From contig NC_068983.1 of the NCBI RefSeq assembly GCF_001194135.2, positions 71,016,791-71,080,790 of the forward strand: a DNA stretch of 64,000 nucleotides, given 5' to 3'. Position 1 is the first letter of the stretch. Each line of letters opens with the position of its first letter. Source of the DNA: Octopus bimaculoides (Eukaryota). The translations under genes were made by a program, and so were the position numbers. The notes beneath the pieces are model-generated. The model had not been told where the DNA came from, made no database searches, and saw only the letters and a program-made list of their open reading frames with translations. Positions 14,133 through 24,500 of the stretch are shown one piece after another.

Positions 14133-14408
14133 NNNNNNNNNNNNNNNNNNNNNNNNNNNNNNNNNNNNNNNNNNNNNNNNNNNNNNNNNNNNNNNNNNNN
14201 NNNNNNNNNNNNNNNNNNNNNNNNNNNNNNNNNNNNNNNNNNNNNNNNNNNNNNNNNNNNNNNNNNNNNNNNNNNNNNNNNNNNNNNNNNNNNNNNNNNN
14301 NNNNNNNNNNNNNNNNNNNNNNNNNNNNNNNNNNNNNNNNNNNNNNNNNNNNNNNNNNNNNNNNNNNNNNNNNNNNNNNNNNNNNNNNNNNNNNNNNNNN
14401 NNNNNNNN

Positions 14409-14449
<41 letters not shown>

Positions 14450-14459
14450 TTAAAAAAAT

Positions 14460-14820
14460 ACGAAAATGGAACAAGAACGTAAAACATCCAGACAGGTAGG
14501 TGATACAAAAAGGGACAACAAAAATCATCCAGACAGACGATTCAAAGGAAACGAGGACGGATAATTCGGAATTTTCTTTCTTCAGACGAGTTCCAGATTA
14601 TCCTTGCAATTTTGGCTAGTTATACTCGAGATTGCTCCAATCTGGCCAGCCCCAAGGAAAAACTATGCTAAGAGCATAAGATTCCATGAAAGAAAACATC
14701 GAATGTATACGGAAACAAGGACGAAAAAAAACGAGAAATCGTACACAAATACAAAGGCAAATAACAGGACATAACAACAGGTGTTTTTCGAAAATATAGC
14801 GGCGTATGTACATTTTGGTG
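14460..14820. repeat. Interspersed repeat of unknown class
   Basis: GC-richer block (gagattgctccaatctggccagccccaaggaaaaac) flanked by TA runs. Recognised only from memory as a common octopus repeat. Confidence 0.4.
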
Positions 14821-14984
14821 TCTTATATATATATATATATAAGGTTTAAATTTAGATTCATAAATTGAATATGGTACTTATGTTTAGGCACCAGAATATA
14901 GTATGGTATGGTATTATATAAAAACCATTCCAAAAACTAGGTGATCAAAAAATCAAAATAAGCCTCACGGATTTTAAAGATGGT

Positions 14985-15072
14985 TGCAGTACGCACGTTT
15001 CATGCTACTCCATTTATTTAAGTAATGCGAGCATTATATTAAATGCAATATGTAGAGCAATCTTCAGCTGCA
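14985..15072 (-). ncRNA. Hammerhead ribozyme motif with long loop II
   Basis: tgcag CTGAAGA ttgct...agcat GAAA c-gtgc-GTA ctgca: 5-bp stem I, intact core boxes, GUA triplet. Confidence 0.7.
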
Positions 15073-16667
15073 CGAAAATGCAGAAAATTACAGTAGAATA
15101 GACATATTATAATTGTGGCAACATTTCAAATCCAAGTGGGAGGAAGAATACATAAAAATCCATCTTGACATAGCCAAGTCTATCAGGCTAGTAATTGGTT
15201 CTAGGCAAAAATTCTAACTGTCTCTGATTTTATTGTCTCTTATCTAGTAGTAATAGTATAAGGGACAATCACTTCTAAGGAAAAGGGAAGGTGTAAGCAT
15301 TATGCATGGACATGGCTATAAAGGATTTGGTTATAAAGGTTTCTCTGGTCAGAGTGGCAACACTCTTATAGGTTGGTTTTTTTTTACTACTATCAAAATG
15401 TCGAGGAATTAAACCCTAGGTATATAGGTCAAACAGGGCTTTTTCTTTAGTCTGAATAGAGCATCAGTATTGTTTTACTGACATCAATATTAGTTTAAAC
15501 AATATTTTAACAATATTTTAACAATAAGAGGTATGTTAACAACAATAAAATGAAATGTCCTCGTTAAGAGATTTAACATTGAAATGTAGTTAGTTTATAC
15601 AAAAATCATGAAGTAATGTCAGTATTGAATTCAGAGGTTATAAGGTGTAAGGTCTAAGGATAATAAGTATATTGGGTTCATGAAAAACTATTTTGAATTA
15701 ATTTTAAAATGATTTTAGAATTTTAGCTGATATATATAATAATACTATTTTGAAGACACATAAATGTAAGCTATATTTTTAGAATGTGAAGAAAAAGTTA
15801 GTATAGGATTTATATAGTTTATAATAATGGGTTTACTAAGGTTTGAGGGACAGAAAAAAAAATTAGGAATTAACAAGGCCATCCAATACAGGAACATGAT
15901 GATTGATTAAAAGTTTCATTAGTCATGAGTTTGTTTTAAGATTAACATGGGCTAATTAAAGAATATTAATTGAATAAGGATTAGATTAATTTAGGGCATA
16001 AGGATTAGATTTATTTAAGTTAAAAATTTAAAAAAACAAGACACTATTGTTGTAAGCCCTGGAATAATGTAATAAATAATAATGATTCTTTTAAAATCAA
16101 GCATTAAATAAGGTAAAAACTTATGAAAATTTCCAATTCTTATAAGCTATATAGGGTTAAGATACATATTGAGAAACTAACAGCATTAGCAGAAATGGTG
16201 TGAAAAAAATATCTTCTATGGAGTAAAGATGAAATCTTATTTATCACAAGTAGATTAAAAGATAAGGTGAGAGATCAGGAATATATGTTATAAAGGTTCA
16301 ATTTCCAATTTAAAATATGTGCTAATTAATAACCCTAGATGACCATGGTAGAAGTTAAAATACTATATTTTGATAATTTTAACTACTTAATAAACTACTT
16401 TTTAAAAAATTTAAAAGTGCGAGTAGAGCAGTGTACACACGATACCCTGAGGTCTAATCTATTATTGATTAGATTAGGATTATTTCTAAGTTTAAAAATT
16501 TCATATATTTCCATAGAACATAATTCACATCCATATCTATTATTTCTATAAGGTTGAGCTTTTCTTATAATTTCCCATGGATTTTTATGTATTTTTCCTC
16601 CCACTTGGATTTGAAATGTTGCCACAATTATAATATGTCTATTCTACTGTAATTTTCTGCATTTTCG

Positions 16668-16755
16668 TGCAGCTGAACATTGCTCTACATATTGCATTTA
16701 ATGTAATGCTCGCATTACTTAAATAAATGGAGTAGCATGAAACGTGCGTACTGCA
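16668..16755 (+). ncRNA. Inverted copy of the 15.0 kb hammerhead with a core G8-to-C change (probably inactive)
   Basis: tgcag CTGAACA ttgct...agcat GAAA cgtgcGTA ctgca. Confidence 0.55.
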
Positions 16756-17949
16756 ACCATCTTTAAAATCCGTGTTGCTTATTTTGATTTATATATATAT
16801 ATATAAATATATATATAATCGAACAGTATATTACTGTTTATGACATATAACTGGTCAACATCATATCGTCAGCTAAGTATCGACTATAGCACTTGGCAAT
16901 GTTAACATCTCATAGGCGGCCTGCAGAATCATAAGCATGGCAGTATTTTCTGATCTGTGATGAGTTCTAATTGTTGATTTTCATGTTTATTCACTGAAGA
17001 AAACGGTTAATAAAGAACACATCTGAACCAGCTGCAGTGACCAGCAACCCATCTGTGTTATAATATATATATATATAATACTGTTATGATATACATATTA
17101 TGTAATATAAAGAAGCTTCTCCACTCTGTCTTTCTTAAAGTTGTTTCCTTACACATAGATAAAAGTATACACCATAGCACACTAAGCAATGCCTTGTATA
17201 AAGATTTATTCTTTTTGCGCGACGTTTCCTCTTTCATAACCTGTAAAATAGCTTAGACTTACAAACCCAGGCGTACATCTCTATATTCACAATCGTAATA
17301 ATTTTGCATATGTAGTAATACAAGCAGGCATGTATATTCCACTTATGCAACAATGCACATGTTTTAGTTCTACTTTTATGAGCAAAAGATCGGCTTTAAC
17401 CCTGTCAAATCTGAATCCGGTGAGTATTCCCTCTAAATATGCTTACACGAGTAAAATGGCCTGCAGCATGTAAGTATGTTTGTATGCATATATTTGTATT
17501 TGTGCGTAGGTATCTGTAGGCATGTCTGTGCTTGAAATTGTGCTTGGCTTATGGTATGTGTAATGTAATTGATAAACGCTTATACACACATGCTCAGACA
17601 CTCATATACCAACATATTATGTAGACACGCATACATATATACATCTTTATATTTCTTGAATAAATATACATAAATACATACACACACACACATACATACA
17701 TACATACATACATACATACGCACGTACGTACGTACGTATGTATGTATGTATGTATGTGTGTGCGTATGTATGTATACTCGTATCTATATATTCTTGTCGA
17801 ACGAATAAAAGAGGAGTGCACAATACATATTTTAAATGATACAGTGCTTTAATGAATTTGCAAAGTGACAGTTTGCCTCAGGTTTCAAGTTTCACGCCAC
17901 TTTGCACCTCGGACGAGAACTGTTACAAGTTAGTATTAGGGTAATCTTT

Positions 17950-18900
17950 ATATACTATTATCTAATGCTTGTATTTGTCAATGAGTTGGTTGTTAATTCT
18001 TATTGACGGAGTAGTGTTTTTCTGTCGTTTTCATTGGTCGTTTATGCTATTTCTGCGACGTATTCGTAATTTTAGCAATTGTAAGCAATAGGATGCATTG
18101 TTAATTTCTTCAGAATATGCTGTTTAAAACATATGTGCGGTCAAAGTTTTGCAGAAGGTTGTTTATGAATGGGTAATTCAAAAAAGTAATTAAAGACATA
18201 TCTATTAGCCATATCCCTAACAAATGGCGGCTTTCACAATTTACTGATTTGGGGAATGGTATGTGGGTAAAAAGCATTAAATGTTTTATGGAAGTTTGTT
18301 TTGCTTGCTTAGGAAGAGTCATCTAGTAGTAGTTTGTATTTCGTTAGAATTTTTTTTTTTTTAACCATTTATTCATAAAATATTTTTAATCTGTATATAT
18401 TTCTGGCAGGTTGTAGTCATTATTATTTGGTATGATATTGTTTATACCTGAGATGGGTGTTACATTTTACCAGAGGCCATAGGATATCAAAATAAAACTA
18501 TAAATCGTATGTATGTAGATGGGTGCGTTTCTTTATGAATGTTTATGGTTTGAGCTATCTGTGAAATTAAGGATTTATCTATCTTGGTTGGTTATGTTCT
18601 TATGAATGGCGAAATTGTGATCTAATGGTTTTGGTGAATTGAATTTTTGCTATGATTAATTAAGATTTATTATTTGTGTTTGTGGTATTTCTATGTGCTT
18701 GTTATGGCTACAGTAGATTTTTGTTTGGTGTGGTATGGAATTTTTGCTATCTTGTCTTGAACGAATATGTGTGTGTGAGTGTATGAGTATACAGTGTGTA
18801 ATATGTCTAGTGGTATATTGATGATTGTCTTCTTTATCGTTTATGTGCATATGCCTAGGCATACTATGTTTATATATATATGTTATAAATTATACTGGAT
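17950..18900 (-). mobile_element. Decayed PLE (Naiad-like) RT thumb/linker fragment
   Basis: Contains L*KPPFVRDMANRYVFNYFFEL, resembling the WxNPPF...KxFFxL motif. Many stops. Confidence 0.45.
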
Positions 18901-19324
18901 TAGTGAGCATCTTCATATTACAATCTCTCAGCTACAAATTTAAGAGAATAAAAACCACTTCGCAACATTAACGTAAACAACAGATAAATAGGTAAGAAAA
19001 ACATAACCTTATCGATAAAAAGAAAAGTCCACCAATGAATAAACTCAGGCAGTAGACGAATGAATATTAATTACACAACCAATACCGAGTTGTAAGTGTT
19101 GCAATCTGTAGATCGCAAAGGATGAAACACGAATCGTCGAAAGAAAATCAGTTTCAGCCGTATGTGTGTTTGCGCATGCGCGTGTGTGAACGTGTGTATG
19201 TGTATAAGTTTGTAGGTATATATATATATGAATATAGATATAGATACACATATACATATACATATTTATACATATATATATATGTACATGTAAGTATATA
19301 TATTTACACACACACATACACACG

Positions 19325-19350
<26 letters not shown>

Positions 19351-19357
<7 letters not shown>

Positions 19358-19713
19358 TTATTTGAAAGAATTCCAACTTTGTTTTTTATGTTTTATTTAT
19401 ATTCTTGTAAAATTAATGTGGGATATAGAATATGGAATATATAATATATAGTATATAATATAAAAACGGATGGTACAATGAAATGAAGTATTGAATGTCT
19501 TATTGAATATATGGAATATGTCTTATTGAATATATGAAATATTGAGTGTTCAATATAAAGGATTAAATATATAAAGGCGAATACGTATTTTCTATACCTT
19601 GTGGTATTTCCTCATGGCCGGTATGACAGACTGTATCCCACATTAATTTTACAAGAATATAAATAAAACATAAAAAACAGACAGAGTTGGAACTCTTTTA
19701 AATAAAATAATAT
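19351..19713 (-). mobile_element. Short PLE-derived fold-back insertion (inverted tail, hammerhead-like motif, tail)
   Basis: About 78-bp inverted arms at 19351-19425 and 19634-19713. The same arm sequence recurs at 59818-59895, directly upstream of the GIY-YIG fragment. Confidence 0.75.
19576..19619 (-). ncRNA. Variant hammerhead-like motif
   Basis: ggc CATGAGGA a atacc-acaa-ggtat a GAAA a-tacgta-TTC gcc. Palindromic stem III region; one extra base in the CUGANGA box. Confidence 0.45.
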
Positions 19714-19763
19714 ATTCCTCTATACACGATCATACAAAACCCCTTTTTGTGTTTATTTTTACT

Positions 19764-19799
<36 letters not shown>

Positions 19800-20263
19800 G
19801 GTATGCATGTATGTTTAGATGCATATATATATGTATATTTGCATGTCCTTCTGATAAAGTAATATACATTCCCAGGACTCGCCTTCAGTAACGAACTTAA
19901 TGTCTTTCAGTATTCAAATTTACAACAGTGAACTGTTGTGGGGTGAATCTCATCTTGGACGAAGGTACTGGTCTATCACAGATAACATTCTCAGATGAGT
20001 GAGCACATCTCAAAATATGAATGAATATACATGAAATTGTGCGTCCTTCTCTATGAGATTGAAATTTTTTGTATATATTTACGTGTGTGTATGTATGTGT
20101 ATTACATGAGTGTGTGTATATATATGTATATATATATATATATGTATGCATGCATGTATGTAAGCATATATGTGTGCGTGTTTGTGTGTGTGTGTGTGTG
20201 TGTGAGCATAGGAATAAATGCAGCTGATGTGGGTGTCTTTAAAAATATAGAAATATATACCCT

Positions 20264-20427
20264 TACATTATTTACATTGTTTACATTATTTATATTTGAC
20301 GATATTTGTCCACATCTTGTTTATTGGTAACACAACGTTTCGGCTGTTATACCCTCCACCCTTCATCAGGTGTCTTGTGGAAATTTTTCAACCTAGGTTC
20401 TCATTCCTAAAGTTTTTTTTTATGTTG

Positions 20428-20474
<47 letters not shown>

Positions 20475-20479
20475 TACTA

Positions 20480-20534
<55 letters not shown>

Positions 20535-20663
20535 GGTCACTTCCTAGAATCGAACTCGGAATCTTGGGTTTAGTAGCTGATGAAGGGTGGAGGATATATC
20601 AGCCGAGATGTTGTGTTAACAAACAAGATGAGGACAAATATCCGCGAAATATAAATAATGTAA
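20264..20663 (-). mobile_element. Fold-back element: B-box tRNA-like fragment, (AAT)n, hammerhead and (TTTACATTA)-like tail, with an inverted partial copy
   Basis: Inverted arms at about 20281-20369 and 20577-20663. B-box-like gagttcgattc on the minus strand within 20535-20576. (TTA)n at 20428-20532. Confidence 0.75.
20329..20374 (-). ncRNA. Minimal type I hammerhead ribozyme motif
   Basis: gacac CTGATGA a gg...cc GAAA cgTT gtgtt. Stem I is gacac/gtgtt and the AACGTT palindrome replaces stem III. Confidence 0.7.
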
Positions 20664-20883
20664 TTTTTTTTCTCGCCCTTTTAAAGCCTAGCCAGACTCA
20701 TGGGCCTGGTTTCCCGGTTTCTATGGCGTACGTGTTCCCCCGAGCTGGACGGGACGCCAGTCCATCGCAGCGTTACTCAAGAAACAGGAAGAAAGAGTGA
20801 GAGAAAGTTGGGGACGAAAGAGTACAACAGGGGTCGCCACCCCGCCTGCCGGAGCCTAACGAAGCTTAGGTGTTTTCGCTCAT
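20664..20883 (-). mobile_element. Short retroposon nested in the tail of the fold-back element
   Basis: GC-rich body with ctggacgggacgccagtccatcgcag, poly-T at the left end, and ataatgtaa repeated on both flanks. Confidence 0.55.
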
Positions 20884-22068
20884 ATAATGTAAATAATGTA
20901 AATAATTCCTCATCTCTTAAATATAGAACTATATACTCTTAGTCGAACTTTTCTCTTCATATTTCTTTCACTCCCTTCTCATATATAAGATATTATGTAT
21001 TTAGTATTTAGTGGAATACATGTTGGATGTGCATACGTCTGACGTTCACGCGTTGGATGCATGCATACCGAATATGTGTATTTGTACGTGTTGAGACAGA
21101 GTTAGTAAAATCAAAGGCAAAAAATAGATAGTGATTGATGAGTAGTAAGACAAAGGTCCATGTATATGTCGCTACAAAGAGATGCGGGTAACAATGTGAC
21201 CAACCTCAAAACATACATGACATATCACATAGCCACATAGTATAAAAAAATAATGTAATTTGGCGTGAGACTGAATACTTGAAATTTCATTTTGAAATTT
21301 ATAACTAACATCATTAAAAAAATTTATTAAGATAATATATTAAAGAAGGAAAATGAAGTAGAAATACATCATTGTTAATATTAACACGCAGTGATTTGAT
21401 AGAATAATTTTTATGCCACAATGAGTGGGTGTGTGTATAACTGATCAAATTAATCCATAAAATTTATACGTTACCATAGCAATGTGAATGGCCTAGATTC
21501 TAAGCTATGCGTGGAAGATTACCTGAAGCACAGTGTGTATAAGGTGTTTCGTTTAATTCGGAGTACCTATGCAGGCGCACAAACATGTGCAAATATACAC
21601 GCACTTCTCCACTCACACAAATACATGCACGCGCATACATGCATACACACACATACATACATGCATGCACACACACACGCACACACACACACACACATAC
21701 ACACACACACACACACACACATGTTTGTATGTCTGAGTGTCTGAATGTTGGTATACATGTGTGTGTTTGTATATACATATACATACATACATAAACACAT
21801 ACATACATACATACATACATACATACATACATACAAACATACATATCCTCATGCGCTCTCATAACTGATCAGTAGCGGATGCTTGTTTCTGACTGCTATG
21901 AATCTGACTGTGACTCTACTAGTTCGAGAACGCCAACCTCTTGTTGCTAGTTGCATCTATTTTCTGAAAGTATTTTCTTTTATGCTTTTTTAGTTCAAAC
22001 ACGCATACACTCTTCAATAGAATTATCTAATTTGTACAATATACATACATGTATACATACACACTCAT

Positions 22069-22126
<58 letters not shown>

Positions 22127-22904
22127 ATAGCAGGTATATTTTCATAAGGCTATTTTTAAGAATAGTAAATTTATGAAATGTATACAATTTACCTTTGTTA
22201 ACCTTACTCCAAATAAAATGTACGCGGGTATAGATAGTTATCAACATATATGGCTTTCTATGTACATATATGCAAGTATGCGTGTATGTATGTGTGTGCG
22301 TAAGGAGAGAGAGAAAGAGAGAGAGATAGACATAGAGAGAGAAAGAAAGGAAGAAATATGTATATTATCGAAAAAGAGTGCACGTTAACTCATGTGCTTT
22401 AAACATATATGTTTATAGTTTTGATTTATATATCCTTTGCTTATATTTTCATTTATGCAAAATCAAGATCGTTTGGGCACTTTATATTAAACTGTCATAA
22501 ATATAGCTGATTCTCATTGAATTATGTGTGAGACTCGTTGTCATTGGTCATTTGGGATTTCATGATGCACACAGTCTCTCGGCTGCTGGTGACTACTGCT
22601 AACGAGAAAGCAAAGCGGTGCGGTTGATAGATGTCATGTCACTTTCTTTCCTTAACAATTAAGTACAATTTAAGTATCAATAACATTTATGAAATAGTCT
22701 TATCATATAATGGCTTAAAATTATTCGCATTGCAGTTTTGCAGGAGCGATTGTCTATTGATGTTATTCTAATAGTACAGATGGAGGGGAAACGATAGTAA
22801 TGCCTTTTTGTTTTTTTATCTCGTAGCATAATTCGGGTAGTGAAGACTCCGATATGCCTATTACATCAGCCAATCCTCCCATATATATGCAAAAGAACCA
22901 CAAT

Positions 22905-23215
22905 GGCTGTATAGTTAAGAAGCATACTTTGCTATCACGCGATTTCAGGGTCAGTCTGACTGCGCAGCATCTTGGCCACGTGCCTTCTACTATAACACCG
23001 AGACGACCAGAACCTTGTGAATTTGGGAGATGGAAGTTGTGTGCAAGGCCGTTGTATGTGTGTGTGTATGTGTGCGTATGAGAGAGAGAGGTATGTTTGT
23101 CTTCTACATTCCCTTGACAACTAGTGTTGGGTTGTCTACGTCCCGGTTCGGTAAAATAAACTGATAGAATAAGTATCAGAAAATAAGAAATGGTTTCAGT
23201 CCATTCGACGGTGTC
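22905..23215 (+). mobile_element. Degenerate tRNA-derived SINE, same family as 55418-55860
   Basis: Shares the head (gcagcatcttggccacgtgccttctactata), an internal TG run and ctgatagaataagta. Confidence 0.7.
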
Positions 23216-23271
23216 TTGGCATAGCCAGATTCCATTAACTGACACAAGTAAATGATAAAAGATATATGTAC

Positions 23272-23420
<149 letters not shown>

Positions 23421-24049
23421 TCAGAGTTTTTACGGTTATGTACAGGTAAATATATTAGTCAATGTGATTGCAGTATTGTTTGAGTTTCACTTTTTTATGT
23501 TTTATAATTTTATAATATTGAATATTATATTTCCGCAATCTAAAGTATTAAATGACAATCTACAGTATTAATTTAGCTGTATTAATTAAGTGACAGTTGC
23601 GTTTCAAAATTTATAGTTGAGCTTCACAGTTGATAATTTGTATTCTCATAATACGTAATGTTGTAAAATTATAAGACACAAATAAAAAAACGTGTAATGT
23701 TGGAATCTCATTGACTAACATGTGTGTGTGAGAGAGTGTATTCATGTTTGACTCTTATCATTTGCTTGTATGCCTATGTGAACGCATGTATATGTATGCC
23801 TATGCACATTATTCACAAAGTAAAGATTGAAACTGCAAATGAATTCCTTGAAGATATACTCCATTTGCGCTCGCTGGCTAGTGCTATAATGGGCTTCGTT
23901 GATATGCGGTGCTAAGGTAAAAATTTCTAACGTGTTTGGTATATAAGTGAGACATAAACTGCTGCTTTCATCTAAAGGAACTCCTAACTAGCAAGTAAAA
24001 TGGAAAGTTATATCGCTCAACGAAATAATGTCATATTAGAATCAATACT

Positions 24050-24500
24050 GTCTTACAGGTTTTGTTGCTAAAAAAACTTCAGTATTTTCTTGTTTAATAA
24101 CAACATTGTTTTGGTGTGACAATGCTGTGATATTCAGATCTACAATTATATCTGATCTCTTTTATTGTTGTTCCATATCAAGTCTTCTTTTCGGGATATG
24201 CATGTGGTACCTGATTGGATTCGATCTTTATTACATACGTGAAATTAATAATTTTCTCATGCAGTTGCATGCATCTTGTGAATCAATGTTTGAATTTGTT
24301 CAACAATATTCTGATTAACATTATATTTGTATATTTAACCTTCATTATTTGTTATGTTTCAATCATCATGACTTGGTGCAACTCTTCGTTTTAATATATG
24401 CATCCGAAAAAGATTATACCTTATTTTACTTGTTTATTGAATCTTTTCTGGAACAGGGATGATAGAATTCAGAGTAAGACGTGTTTTTGTAACGATTTTG
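24050..24500 (-). mobile_element. Decayed PLE (Naiad-like) GIY-YIG fragment
   Basis: Order of remnants DACNCMRK, EKKT*YGTT, RYN, TALSH across frameshifts matches the CNC...YxGxT...RYxNH...TxLS pattern of the 60 kb copy. Confidence 0.5.

Larger units (their letters stand above)
14845..16790 (-). mobile_element. 5'-truncated Penelope-like element with an inverted pLTR arm
   Basis: 214-bp near-identical inverted arms at 14950-15163 and 16577-16790. GIY-YIG C-terminus WEIIRKAQPYRNNRYGCELCSMEIYEIFKLRNNPNLINNRLDLRVSCVH at 16395-16577. Hammerhead motif in the arm. TA runs on both flanks. Confidence 0.85.

Noticed and set aside
14545-14590. Minus-strand CTGAAGA as a hammerhead
   Set aside because: GAAT instead of GAAA, and no stem I partner.
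16577-16625. N-terminus MATFQIQVGGKIHKNP of ORF 16395-16625, and a Pao-like LWQHFKSKWEEEY in another frame
   Set aside because: Both lie in the antisense inverted pLTR arm, so they are chance readings; real similarity starts at WEII.
17205-17250. Minus-strand gaaacgtcgcgc...aataaa PLE-like end
   Set aside because: The CUGANGA box is unrecognisable; too degenerate to call.
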